Origin: Leptolyngbyaceae cyanobacterium
Lineage (GTDB): Bacteria > Cyanobacteriota > Cyanobacteriia > Phormidesmidales > Phormidesmidaceae
Assembly: GCA_050331235.1 (NCBI GenBank)
Contig: JBHJHA010000029.1
Span: 1 to 32,892 of the forward strand
Direction of reading: 5' to 3'
Length of the DNA stretch: 32,892 nt
Shown here piece by piece: positions 1-9,949 of the stretch. The notes under the pieces are model-generated. The model did no database searches and was not told where the DNA came from. It saw only the letters and a list, made by a program, of their open reading frames with translations. The position numbers and the translations under genes were made by a program. Within the stretch, counting starts at the first letter, position 1. Each line of letters begins with the position of its first letter.

Positions 1-1
1 A

Positions 2-784
2 CAGGCGTGCTGCCAAATTTCCTACGATCTTCTCCTTGAGGTCCGTCAGGTACATCTGCGCGTGGGTGTTTCACCGCGATCTCCGCGCCTCTATCGCGGA
101 TAAGACGTTGTGGCCTGGCTAGAGCAGATGGGCTACTACGACATTCCCCTCGACAAGCATCCGCAAAAGGAAAGCGTCCGCCACAAAACCAACCACTACC
201 TCACCGGCCGGGATGGCGGTCGCGAAATTGACCTGCGCCAGTTTGCCCAAGAGGGGATGCAGCTTTACGGTCGGCTGATCGACATTCAGGGCACGAAGCT
301 GCGATTTGACGGTACCCTCCAGCAAAATCTTGACCAAGCCGATGCGGTGGCCGCTAGCATTAAGCAAACCATCGATACCTTTATTGCTCAACAGCAGCTC
401 GCAGCACCCCTCGAAGCCCCCTATGAGCCTGTATGGGAACCTGCTGCTGAGATTGATGCCCTCGACTTTACCCAAACCGACATTCGCACGGTGATTTGGT
501 CCATTGGATATCACACCAACTTTAGCTGGATTGACGTGCCCGCCTTTAATGGCGATGGCTACCCTAGTCACGATCGCGGCGTTACCGCCGTTGAAGGGCT
601 CTACTTTTTAGGCTTGCCCTGGCTCTATACCTGGGGATCCGGGCGCTTTTCGGGCATTGCCCGCGATGCGCAATATCTGGCTGATCGCATTGTCATTACT
701 GAACAGCGACGGCAGTCTTCCTGGTGCCTGCTGGAGCGCTCTCCCCTGCTCGAAGTTATCAACGAACTGGCACTGGGGTCCTAA
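2..784 (+). CDS. MSMEG_0569-family flavin-dependent oxidoreductase (Nit1C cluster type), 5'-truncated by the window; in-frame TAA at 101-103
   Basis: Motifs [16 protein letters not shown], DGGREIDLRQFA, VIWSIGY and GLYFLGLPWLYTWGSGRFSGIARDA. Similarity continues upstream of the ORF-track start (110) back to base 2 across a TAA where homologs have Lys. Confidence 0.8.
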
Positions 785-1905
785 ATCCAGCCGCGAATAA
801 CGGCTTGGTAGACTCCTTGGTAGCGGTTTTTCGCCTTTAGCTTCGCCAAGCTGTTGTTGATGTGAAATTTGACGGTGCTCTCACTGATGAACAAATCATG
901 GGCAATCTCGCGATCTCGCTGGCCCTCGGCCAACCGCTGCATCACCTGACGTTCCCGTGCCGACAGTTCTGAAGCGGGTTCGGGCTCCGTGGGTAAGGTC
1001 AGCATAATTTGTAAGGCGGCATTTTGCATAACGGGCTGAGACTGGAGCGTACCGCCAAAGCAGGCTATCAACGGCTGTAGATCATGCAAATCGGTTCCCC
1101 ACCCACCGCTGATCAGTCCGTTGGCGGCGCTAGTGTCGGCTCCTTTGGGAGGAGTAGTGATCGCCGCTAGGGCCACCTCATTAGGTGTGTAGGTCAGACG
1201 GCAATAACTACAGCCCAAATGCTTGAGAGTTTCCGCTGCTTGCAAGAGCAAGCAGCGCAACGCCGGGCGTAGCGATCGCTCTGGCCCCATTAGCGTCAGC
1301 GTTGACATGCCCAAGGTGCGTGCCATCCGATCAGAAAGCGAGGTAACACTTCCCCCTAACGGCGGCGGCTGTCCCTGGGACTTGACTTGCAGAGCCGTGT
1401 CGAGGGCAATGGTCACCGCCATACACAGTACTTGCAGCACTTCTAAAAACTCTGGGTCAAAGCGTGATTGGCTAAAGCAGGCCACTACGCCGATTACCCG
1501 GTCATTGGCAATCAGCGGATACCCCGCAAATCCCTGAATCTGATTAGCGATCGCCCACTGCCGATCTTTGACCCACGCCTCTTCTGAAAGCTGATTGCTC
1601 AAAAACGGGACGCGATTTTGAGCGATTTTGCCAACCTTATACGCTCCCATGGGGACCTTGGCAAAAGCTCCGTCCAAGTGTGTATATAACCCTGAAGAAG
1701 CCACCAGGCGCAGTGCGGTCTGATCGGGCTCCACTAACCAAATTCGTGCAAAGGCGCAGCCAAAGGTCTGCACCAGTGCCCCGGTCACCTGGCTAGCAAT
1801 CTGATCAGGGTCAAGTTGCCCACTAAAGGATTGGGCAATCTCATTGACCCGCTGCAAATCATGCAGCAATCGCGCCGCATCAAACAGTGGATGAACCTTC
1901 AGCAC
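781..1905 (-). CDS. GAF-domain / LuxR C-terminal HTH transcriptional regulator
   Basis: N-terminal GAF (FARIWLVE...LRLVASSG...FAGYPLIANDRVIGVV) and C-terminal LuxR HTH (LSARERQVMQRLAEGQRDREIAHDLFISESTVKFHI). 4-bp convergent overlap with the oxidoreductase. Confidence 0.88.
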   Translation of the reverse strand: MLKVHPLFDAARLLHDLQRVNEIAQSFSGQLDPDQIASQVTGALVQTFGCAFARIWLVEPDQTALRLVASSGLYTHLDGAFAKVPMGAYKVGKIAQNRVPFLSNQLSEEAWVKDRQWAIANQIQGFAGYPLIANDRVIGVVACFSQSRFDPEFLEVLQVLCMAVTIALDTALQVKSQGQPPPLGGSVTSLSDRMARTLGMSTLTLMGPERSLRPALRCLLLQAAETLKHLGCSYCRLTYTPNEVALAAITTPPKGADTSAANGLISGGWGTDLHDLQPLIACFGGTLQSQPVMQNAALQIMLTLPTEPEPASELSARERQVMQRLAEGQRDREIAHDLFISESTVKFHINNSLAKLKAKNRYQGVYQAVIRGWI

Positions 1906-1978
1906 AGAAGCGGTGAAAACCTTTGAACTATGACGTCAAAGCCTATCTCTACTTCATGGCAAGTTGAGCGATCGCTCT

Positions 1979-1992
1979 GTAACCGAAGCTAC
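1979..1992. promoter_or_regulatory. NtcA-binding site GTA-N8-TAC (GTAACCGAAGCTAC)
   Basis: Matches GTA-N8-TAC and the stricter GTAnC-N4-GnTAC. Lies 73 bp upstream of the GAF-LuxR start, beside a nitrogen-related gene family. Confidence 0.65.
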
Positions 1993-2154
1993 GGTATCTC
2001 AACCAATTATCGATGTCCCAAGATTGAACGCCCAAGGGGCAAAATTTTGCCCTGAACGGAGGCCAACGCCCTGCCGTAAATGATGCTGCTAGTGTTGAGG
2101 ACGAGGATTTCGATACCGGTTAATTTCCGAAGTCGTTGAGGGCAGCCGTCTGAT

Positions 2155-2185
2155 AAAAAAAAGGGAGCGCGATCGCGCTCCCTTT
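2155..2185 (-). terminator. Rho-independent terminator of rbcLXS
   Basis: Perfect 26-bp palindrome AAAGGGAGCGCGATCGCGCTCCCTTT (2160-2185) ending in a T8 run on the minus strand (2162-2155), 35 bp after the rbcS stop. Confidence 0.85.
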
Positions 2186-2220
2186 AATCTCAACCAAACA
2201 AGACAGATGTCTGACTCGCC

Positions 2221-2565
2221 TTAGTAACGGTAAGAGCTACCAGACCCTGGCTTATGCACGATAAAACTAGCAATCTGGCACTGCTTGACGTTGTCAAAAC
2301 CGACAACGCGGATAAAGCAGTCAGGATACTCAGAGCGACAAGCCTGAACTTCGCTCAAGACTTCCTGAGTACTGCTCGCGTTGAATAGGGGCAGCTTCCA
2401 CATGGTCCAGTAGTAGACCTCAGGGTCAGAGTTTTCGTTGAACTCAACCGCAGGAAAATAGCCCATCTTCAGAATGTAAGCAATTTGACGCTCAATCTGG
2501 GCATCGGTCAAAGGAGGCAGGTAAGACATCGTTTCATAACGACGCTCTTTTGGCAGAGTTTTCAT
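2221..2565 (-). CDS. rbcS: RuBisCO small subunit (form IB)
   Basis: [19 protein letters not shown]...[10 protein letters not shown]...[11 protein letters not shown] at 2565 is preceded by GAGGAAAC; the ORF-track extension to 2604 is non-homologous. Confidence 0.97.
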   Translation of the reverse strand: MKTLPKERRYETMSYLPPLTDAQIERQIAYILKMGYFPAVEFNENSDPEVYYWTMWKLPLFNASSTQEVLSEVQACRSEYPDCFIRVVGFDNVKQCQIASFIVHKPGSGSSYRY

Positions 2566-2666
2566 GTTTCCTCGTTGAAGTAAATAAATTGACAATCGGC
2601 TCACAGCCGAAGAGATTCACGCTTGCAATCGGCAGGGCTGCCGAGCACTATCCGCAAAACCCGGCA

Positions 2667-3083
2667 TTACTCGGGGGACTGCTCCGAATCAGCCGCAGAT
2701 TCATGAGATCGATCAGTTTCCTCGTCAACCGCGTGCTGAGTGGAGCCCAACTGAGTAATGCGCTCTAAATGCTGGCGACGGTATTCCATATTGGCTTGCT
2801 GGATGCTGGCTAATACCAATTCCGGCAAAAACTCACAGATTTCTTCTGCGATGTGCTGCCTTACGGTCATAATCCGCATGGCCAGTTCCACATTTTCCTG
2901 CATCAAGGCATTCAGGTAAGCTTCGCCATCCTGAAGCGCTTCCTTTGTCGAAAATGTATTGAGCCAATAGGCATGGGCAGGGTTGGTCTCCCTCAGTTGA
3001 TTCAGGACTGTTTTCACAGCCTGAAACGTCAGATAGCTAGTGAGCACCTTGGCGGCGTCTTTAGCTGACTTCTTGAGGTCCAT
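2667..3083 (-). CDS. rbcX: RuBisCO assembly chaperone RbcX
   Basis: MDLKKSAKDAAKVLTSYLTFQAV...LQDGEAYL...LAMRIMTVRQHIAEE, located between rbcL and rbcS. Alternative start at 3107. Confidence 0.95.
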   Translation of the reverse strand: MDLKKSAKDAAKVLTSYLTFQAVKTVLNQLRETNPAHAYWLNTFSTKEALQDGEAYLNALMQENVELAMRIMTVRQHIAEEICEFLPELVLASIQQANMEYRRQHLERITQLGSTQHAVDEETDRSHESAADSEQSPE

Positions 3084-3268
3084 CAGTGTGTTCCGAACGG
3101 TTGACATCCCCCCGCCACTGGGCGGTTGGTAGCCCTGAATCTAAGTCCGAAGCCTGTTTGGTTTCGGTAACTTATGCAGCAGTCTGATCGCTTTTTGGGC
3201 GTTTGCTGCTGCTAGGTCTACTCAACGCGCCCTACATCGCCGGGGTCTCGTAGTCCCCCAGAGCTGGT

Positions 3269-4873
<1,605 letters not shown>

Positions 4874-4916
4874 TTACTGGATTTAGGGACTCCTGCGTTT
4901 CCCTATGCTCCTAAGA

Positions 4917-4925
4917 ATACTATCA
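4917..4925 (-). promoter_or_regulatory. Candidate extended -10 promoter of rbcL (TGaTAGTAT)
   Basis: TGnTAnnnT on the minus strand about 220 bp upstream of rbcL in an AT-rich tract. No good -35 is visible, which fits activator dependence. Confidence 0.45.
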
Positions 4926-4965
4926 GCGATTCGATAAGCTTGATTTTGGAAGATCTGTATAGATT

Positions 4966-4982
4966 CATAAATAAAAATTATG
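4966..4982. promoter_or_regulatory. LysR-type (RbcR-like) binding box CATAA-N7-TTATG
   Basis: Interrupted palindrome containing T-N11-A, centred about 64 bp upstream of the inferred TSS (~4910), the usual LTTR recognition-site position. Confidence 0.55.
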
Positions 4983-5308
4983 TAACAACATCACGCAACC
5001 TTGCATGATGTCTCGCTGTGTTAATGCCTCTTTTCATGGAGCGGGTGAGGCTGTAAAGAGCGGTTTTCATACGCTGAAACAATAATGTCAGAAGTCCCCA
5101 GTTCGTCAGGGCTTTTCACACAATGTTTTAAGGATGTCGGGCGATCGCGGACTGTTTGCTTTGACTGGGTCAAAAATCGTGGATATAGCGATCAGTGCAG
5201 ATAGGTTAATGCTCCCGCTTCAGCCTTTTCGCGGCTCGTAAACCAGGCTCAAACACTAGGTGTTGAACCCCGACCACTTCCCCAAGCACGCAAAAAACCT
5301 GGGAAAGA

Positions 5309-6292
5309 TCACGCGACGCTGCCCGCCTGAAACACGCGGCCAATCACCTCTTCAATCGGTGGGTCAGTGACCGTCAGGTCTTGCACGGGCAAATCAGCCA
5401 ACATGCGCGACACCGTTTCCGTCAGTTCGGCACGCTGCACGATGACGCTGGCGGTACAGCCTTCCAACGTTTCGACCTCGCCATATTGGGCTAGCTTAGA
5501 AGCGTCTGACCCTTTGGCTAATTCCACTTTGACCTCGCGGTAGGGGGCAAAGCGGTTGAGTAACCCGTCGAGACCGCCATCGTAGATGAGTTCACCTTGA
5601 TAAATCAGCAGGACGCGATCGCACAGGGCGGTGATATCTGCCATGTAGTGACTGGTAAGGAGGATGGTGGCCTGATAGCACCGGTTATATTCCTGGAGGA
5701 ACTCGCGTACCGCCACCTGGGCATTCACATCGAGTCCCAAGGTCGGTTCGTCTAAAAACAACACCTTGGGTTGATGGAGCAGGGCAGCCAGCATTTCGGC
5801 TTTCATCCGTTCCCCCAGGGAGAGCTTACGCACTGGCTGCTTGAGCTGGTCGGTAATGTCGAGCATGGTGGCGAGTTCAGACACGCGATCGCGAAAGGTG
5901 CGATCGCTCAACCCGTAAATCGCGCCATTGATGCGGAGCGAGTCCATTGCCGGCAGATCCCACAGGAGCTGCTGCTTTTGGCCCATGACCAGGGTGATTT
6001 GCTGTATAAAGCTGGAGGTTCGGCGAAACGGGATTTGATCGGCGACCCGCACCTCCCCTGCTGAGGGATGAATCAAGCCAGTCAGCATTTTGAGGGTAGT
6101 GGTTTTGCCCGCACCGTTGGGACCTAAAAAGCCGACAACCTCACCCGGTTCAATCTGAAACGAGACCTGTCGTACCGCTTCGATATGGCGATACTGCCGC
6201 CGAAAAAAATGATTCAGGGTGCCCTTGAAGCCCGGCTCTTTAATCGCAATTGGGTAGACCTTCTTGAGCGCATTAACGTCGATAATGGGCAT
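5309..6292 (-). CDS. ABC-2-type exporter ATP-binding protein (viologen-exporter-like family), no adjacent permease
   Basis: Walker A GPNGAGKTT, signature LSLGERMK, Walker B VLFLDEPT, TSH switch, and the N-terminal KEPGFKGTL extension typical of this subfamily. Confidence 0.9.
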   Translation of the reverse strand: MPIIDVNALKKVYPIAIKEPGFKGTLNHFFRRQYRHIEAVRQVSFQIEPGEVVGFLGPNGAGKTTTLKMLTGLIHPSAGEVRVADQIPFRRTSSFIQQITLVMGQKQQLLWDLPAMDSLRINGAIYGLSDRTFRDRVSELATMLDITDQLKQPVRKLSLGERMKAEMLAALLHQPKVLFLDEPTLGLDVNAQVAVREFLQEYNRCYQATILLTSHYMADITALCDRVLLIYQGELIYDGGLDGLLNRFAPYREVKVELAKGSDASKLAQYGEVETLEGCTASVIVQRAELTETVSRMLADLPVQDLTVTDPPIEEVIGRVFQAGSVA

Positions 6293-6410
6293 TTTGTAGA
6301 GGAAGCCTCTTGCTAAAAGGACAGATCTATCGGCAGGTGATATCTACGCAACAGCGCAGAGCCCATAACCTACATATCATGCTCAAGGGGGCGGTCAGGG
6401 AGCTAGAGCC

Positions 6411-6773
6411 ATGTCAAAAGAACTTACGAATACCGATAAAGATGCCATCCGGCGGGTGATTATTGCCCAGATTGAAGCGTTTCAGTCAGATGACGGGATT
6501 CAGGCGTTTCTTTATGCTGCACCGTCGATCCGGCAGCAGTTCAAGAGCGTGGGCAATTTTATGCGTATGGTGCGCAGCTCCTATCAAGCAGTTTACCGTC
6601 CCCGGGGAGTACTGTTTGGCGAGCTGACTACCATGCAAGGCTTTCCAGCCCAGACGGTGTTTTTAATGTCCCAAGAGGGTACTGTGGTCAAGGCAGTTTA
6701 CCTGATGCTGCAGCAGCCTTCTAAAGACTGGCGCATTGCCGGATGTTTTTTGATGCCAGTAGAAGAAATTTGA
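6411..6773 (+). CDS. DUF4864-family protein
   Basis: IRRVIIAQIEAFQSDD...AFLYAAPSIRQQF...FMRMVRSSY...YRP...WRIAGC pattern; upstream GGGAG. Confidence 0.8.
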   Translation: MSKELTNTDKDAIRRVIIAQIEAFQSDDGIQAFLYAAPSIRQQFKSVGNFMRMVRSSYQAVYRPRGVLFGELTTMQGFPAQTVFLMSQEGTVVKAVYLMLQQPSKDWRIAGCFLMPVEEI

Positions 6774-6829
6774 CCGGCTCGTTCACTGCCTAGATGGCGC
6801 GGCATTTGGAAGCGCATTATCGTGACGCA

Positions 6830-7879
6830 CTAGCGAGATCGCGCTAGCAGCGGTTCCCACCACTGCCGATGGTTCAAATACCACTCTGCGGTTTGAGCCA
6901 GCCCGGTGACAAAGTCGTATTTGGGCTGCCAGTTGAGTTCTCGCTGAATTTTTTCAATATTCATGGCGTAGCGGCGATCGTGTCCTGGACGATCTGTGAC
7001 AAAAGTGATTAGCTGGCTAGCTGGACTAATGGGCAAATCCGGGACCAACTGGTCCATTAATTCACAGAGCTGCTCCACAATATCTATGTTTTTTACTTGA
7101 TTGTTGCCGCCGATGTTGTAAGTTTCGCCGGGGGTGGCCTGTTCCAACACCGTGGCGATCGCGTCACAGTGATCTTCGACATGGAGCCAGTCGCGCACAT
7201 TTTGCCCATCACCATACACCGGCAGTGGCTGCCCCGACAAAATATTGACGCACATTAAAGGAATCAATTTTTCGGGAAACTGATAAGGACCGTAGTTATT
7301 TGAGCAGTTAGTCATCAGCGTCGGTAGCCCATAGGTGTGGAAATAGGCGCGTACTAGATGGTCGCTACCGGCTTTAGAGGCCGAGTACGGGCTGTTGGGA
7401 GCGTAAGGCGTGATTTCGCTAAAGGAGGGATCTTCAGGCCCTAAACTGCCAAAGACCTCATCCGTTGAGACATGTAAAAAGCGAAAATGCTCTGGTTTCC
7501 CCTGCATGTCCCAGTACAAACGAAACTCCTCTAGTAAGGTAAACGTGCCCACTACGTTAGTTTGCACAAAGGCTGCTGGTCCGAGAATTGACCGATCAAC
7601 GTGAGACTCCGCCGCAAAGTGCACAATCGTGTCGATCTGATGGTCGGCAACTAGCTGAGCCACCAAGGGGCGATCGCCAATATCGCCTTTGATGAACAAA
7701 AAGCCAGGCTTATCCTCTAAATCGGCTAGGGTGGCCCGATTGCCGGCGTAGGTCAGCGCATCTAAAACCACGAGCGTCTCGCTTTGCCCACACCAGCGGC
7801 GCACAAAGTTGGAGCCGATAAAGCCTGCCCCCCCGGTCACCAATACTCGTTTGCGATCGCCATTGCTTAATTGCGCCAT
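6830..7879 (-). CDS. rfbB: dTDP-glucose 4,6-dehydratase
   Basis: VTGGAGFIGSNF, DALTYAGN, HFAAESHVDRSI, HVSTDEV, PYSASKA, DRPGHDRRYA. Start is ATG 7879 or GTG 7897. Confidence 0.96.
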   Translation of the reverse strand: MAQLSNGDRKRVLVTGGAGFIGSNFVRRWCGQSETLVVLDALTYAGNRATLADLEDKPGFLFIKGDIGDRPLVAQLVADHQIDTIVHFAAESHVDRSILGPAAFVQTNVVGTFTLLEEFRLYWDMQGKPEHFRFLHVSTDEVFGSLGPEDPSFSEITPYAPNSPYSASKAGSDHLVRAYFHTYGLPTLMTNCSNNYGPYQFPEKLIPLMCVNILSGQPLPVYGDGQNVRDWLHVEDHCDAIATVLEQATPGETYNIGGNNQVKNIDIVEQLCELMDQLVPDLPISPASQLITFVTDRPGHDRRYAMNIEKIQRELNWQPKYDFVTGLAQTAEWYLNHRQWWEPLLARSR

Positions 7880-8079
7880 ACTTGCCCGCTGATTCACTAA
7901 AAGGAGTTAATGAAGCTTAGTCGCCCACACAATAAGTCTCTAACTGACTATTGAAAAAACAAACTAAAATTGTCTATAAAAGCCCTCAGTCCACATCATA
8001 TTTTTGCCAGTACCTCTAGGTGCAAATATCCAAGCCAGAACACCATACGAGTTGAAAAAATATACCTGAATCAGGAAAA

Positions 8080-9138
8080 CTATCGAGAAATTTGTGCTTG
8101 ATAAATTTCCTCAAAGATGTCGGCCAATGAATATTTATACTGCCAGGTTGGATAGTGTTTCTGAAACTTGCCAACGTCAGAAATGTACCAGATATGGTCA
8201 CCAATTCGATTGTCTTCAGAATATTCGTAAAGGAACCGGTTCCCCGTAATATTTTCGCAAATTTCGATGGCTTCTAACATTGAACAATTGCTATGACGTG
8301 AGCCGCCCATGTTGTAGACTTCGCCCCTGCGAGGCTTTTGATAAAATTGGTAAAAGGCATTGACCAAGTCATAGCTATGGATGTTGTCTCTGACCTGTTT
8401 TCCTTTGTACCCAAAGATGGTGTAAGGTTGCTTTTCAATACCACATTTCATCAAATAGGCTAAAAAACCGTGCAGTTTTGCACCGGAATGTAAGGGACCG
8501 GTCAAGCAGCCGCCACGAAAGCTGACAGTCTTCATGCCAAAATAGCGACCATATTCCTGCACCAATACATCGGCGGCAACCTTAGAAGCGCCAAACAATG
8601 AGTGCTTCGAGTTGTCGATACTCATAGTTTCATCGATGCCTCGATAAAACTCGTGATCTACGGCGATTTCCCAGCGATTTTCCAGCTCTTCTAAAGGTAG
8701 GAAATTGGGAGTATCGCCATACACTTTATTCGTCGACGTGAAGATGAAAACTGCCTCGGGACAAAACTGGCGAGTGGCTTCGAGTAGCACTAAAGTGCCG
8801 TTGGCGTTGACCGTGAAGTCGGTATGGGGGTCGTTAGCCGCCCAGTCATGGGAGGGCTGAGCAGCTGTGTGAATGATGAGGCAAATGTCTGAGCTATATT
8901 CTTTGAACAACCCTTCGATAGCGTCGCGATCGCGGATATCCAAGCTTTTGTGTTGGTAGCGATCGCCATATTGCTCAACCAAACGTTTTTGGTTCCAACT
9001 TGTGGAGGCTGATTCACCAAAAAAAACAGCTCGCATATCGTTGTCGATACCAACGATATTGAATCCCAGACCGGCAAAAAAATGTACTGACTGAGAGCCG
9101 ATCAAACCAGCTGATCCAGTTATGATCACCGTACTCAT
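8080..9138 (-). CDS. Extended-SDR NDP-sugar epimerase/dehydratase, CDP-paratose 2-epimerase-like, with FxxxK instead of YxxxK
   Basis: [45 protein letters not shown]. Confidence 0.85.
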   Translation of the reverse strand: MSTVIITGSAGLIGSQSVHFFAGLGFNIVGIDNDMRAVFFGESASTSWNQKRLVEQYGDRYQHKSLDIRDRDAIEGLFKEYSSDICLIIHTAAQPSHDWAANDPHTDFTVNANGTLVLLEATRQFCPEAVFIFTSTNKVYGDTPNFLPLEELENRWEIAVDHEFYRGIDETMSIDNSKHSLFGASKVAADVLVQEYGRYFGMKTVSFRGGCLTGPLHSGAKLHGFLAYLMKCGIEKQPYTIFGYKGKQVRDNIHSYDLVNAFYQFYQKPRRGEVYNMGGSRHSNCSMLEAIEICENITGNRFLYEYSEDNRIGDHIWYISDVGKFQKHYPTWQYKYSLADIFEEIYQAQISR

Positions 9139-9198
9139 CTCAAAAAATCCTCACTCACAACAATTGGGGGCATCTGTGATGCAGTGAAAAGCGGACGT

Positions 9199-9873
9199 TT
9201 AAAGGGGCTTCGATGCCTGAACAAACATCTGTCCTCCTAACAGTTTCCAAGCGATCGGCAATTTCAGGTAAAGCTTCAACATCCAAACGGCGGATGGTCG
9301 GCCCTTGGTCGAAAACGGTAGAAATCTTGGAATGAGGGTATCAATACGAAAATTTAGTGCTCTCAAAACTTCGAGTAAAGACTGATGGGTAATCGGCAGG
9401 TAGTGATCGATAAAATCAAAGTACTCTTTATATGAGTACTTGAAATTGGGCTGAATAACGAGAATTGATCCCCCTGGCCTGAGTTTTTGATAACAAAAGT
9501 TGAGGACTTCAAATAGCTGATCCTGATCGGCTAAATGTTCAAAAAAGTTAGACACGAAAATGATGTCAAAAAAGTTATCTTGAACCTGTTCTCGTTGTTG
9601 CTTTTCTAAAATGTCAATGTTTAGAATACTCACTTCCTGAGTGGCAAATAGTCGGCAGTCAGGATTCAGATCAATCAGATACTTAGAAGAGGCAGATACC
9701 TGGTTGATGAACTCACAATAACCGCCGGCAATATCGAGTACGACGGCATTCCGAGGAATATATTGTTGTAAAAAGTCTTCAATGAGAGCATTCCATAGAA
9801 GCAGTTTTGATCTTTGCTGCTGACTATCAAATCGATTCTCATATAAGCGTTTAAGATACTCTGCTTTGTTCAC
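9199..9873 (-). CDS. Class I SAM-dependent methyltransferase
   Basis: Motif I VVLDIAGGYCEF, plus FDIIFVSNFFEHL and LRPGGSILVIQPN. GTG start. Confidence 0.85.
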   Translation of the reverse strand: MNKAEYLKRLYENRFDSQQQRSKLLLWNALIEDFLQQYIPRNAVVLDIAGGYCEFINQVSASSKYLIDLNPDCRLFATQEVSILNIDILEKQQREQVQDNFFDIIFVSNFFEHLADQDQLFEVLNFCYQKLRPGGSILVIQPNFKYSYKEYFDFIDHYLPITHQSLLEVLRALNFRIDTLIPRFLPFSTKGRPSAVWMLKLYLKLPIAWKLLGGQMFVQASKPL

Positions 9874-9949
9874 TTGGTGATACTCAATCTCTAAGAATGC
9901 CGATTTTTTGACCGCCTTACAATATCACAGCCAGTTCACCCTTGGCGGT

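Noticed and set aside
4982..4995. NtcA site upstream of rbcL (GTAACAACATCACG)
   Set aside because: The right half-site TAC is absent at the N8 spacing.
7898..8079. AT-rich spacer as a gene remnant
   Set aside because: Only short hydrophobic open frames, with nothing assignable.
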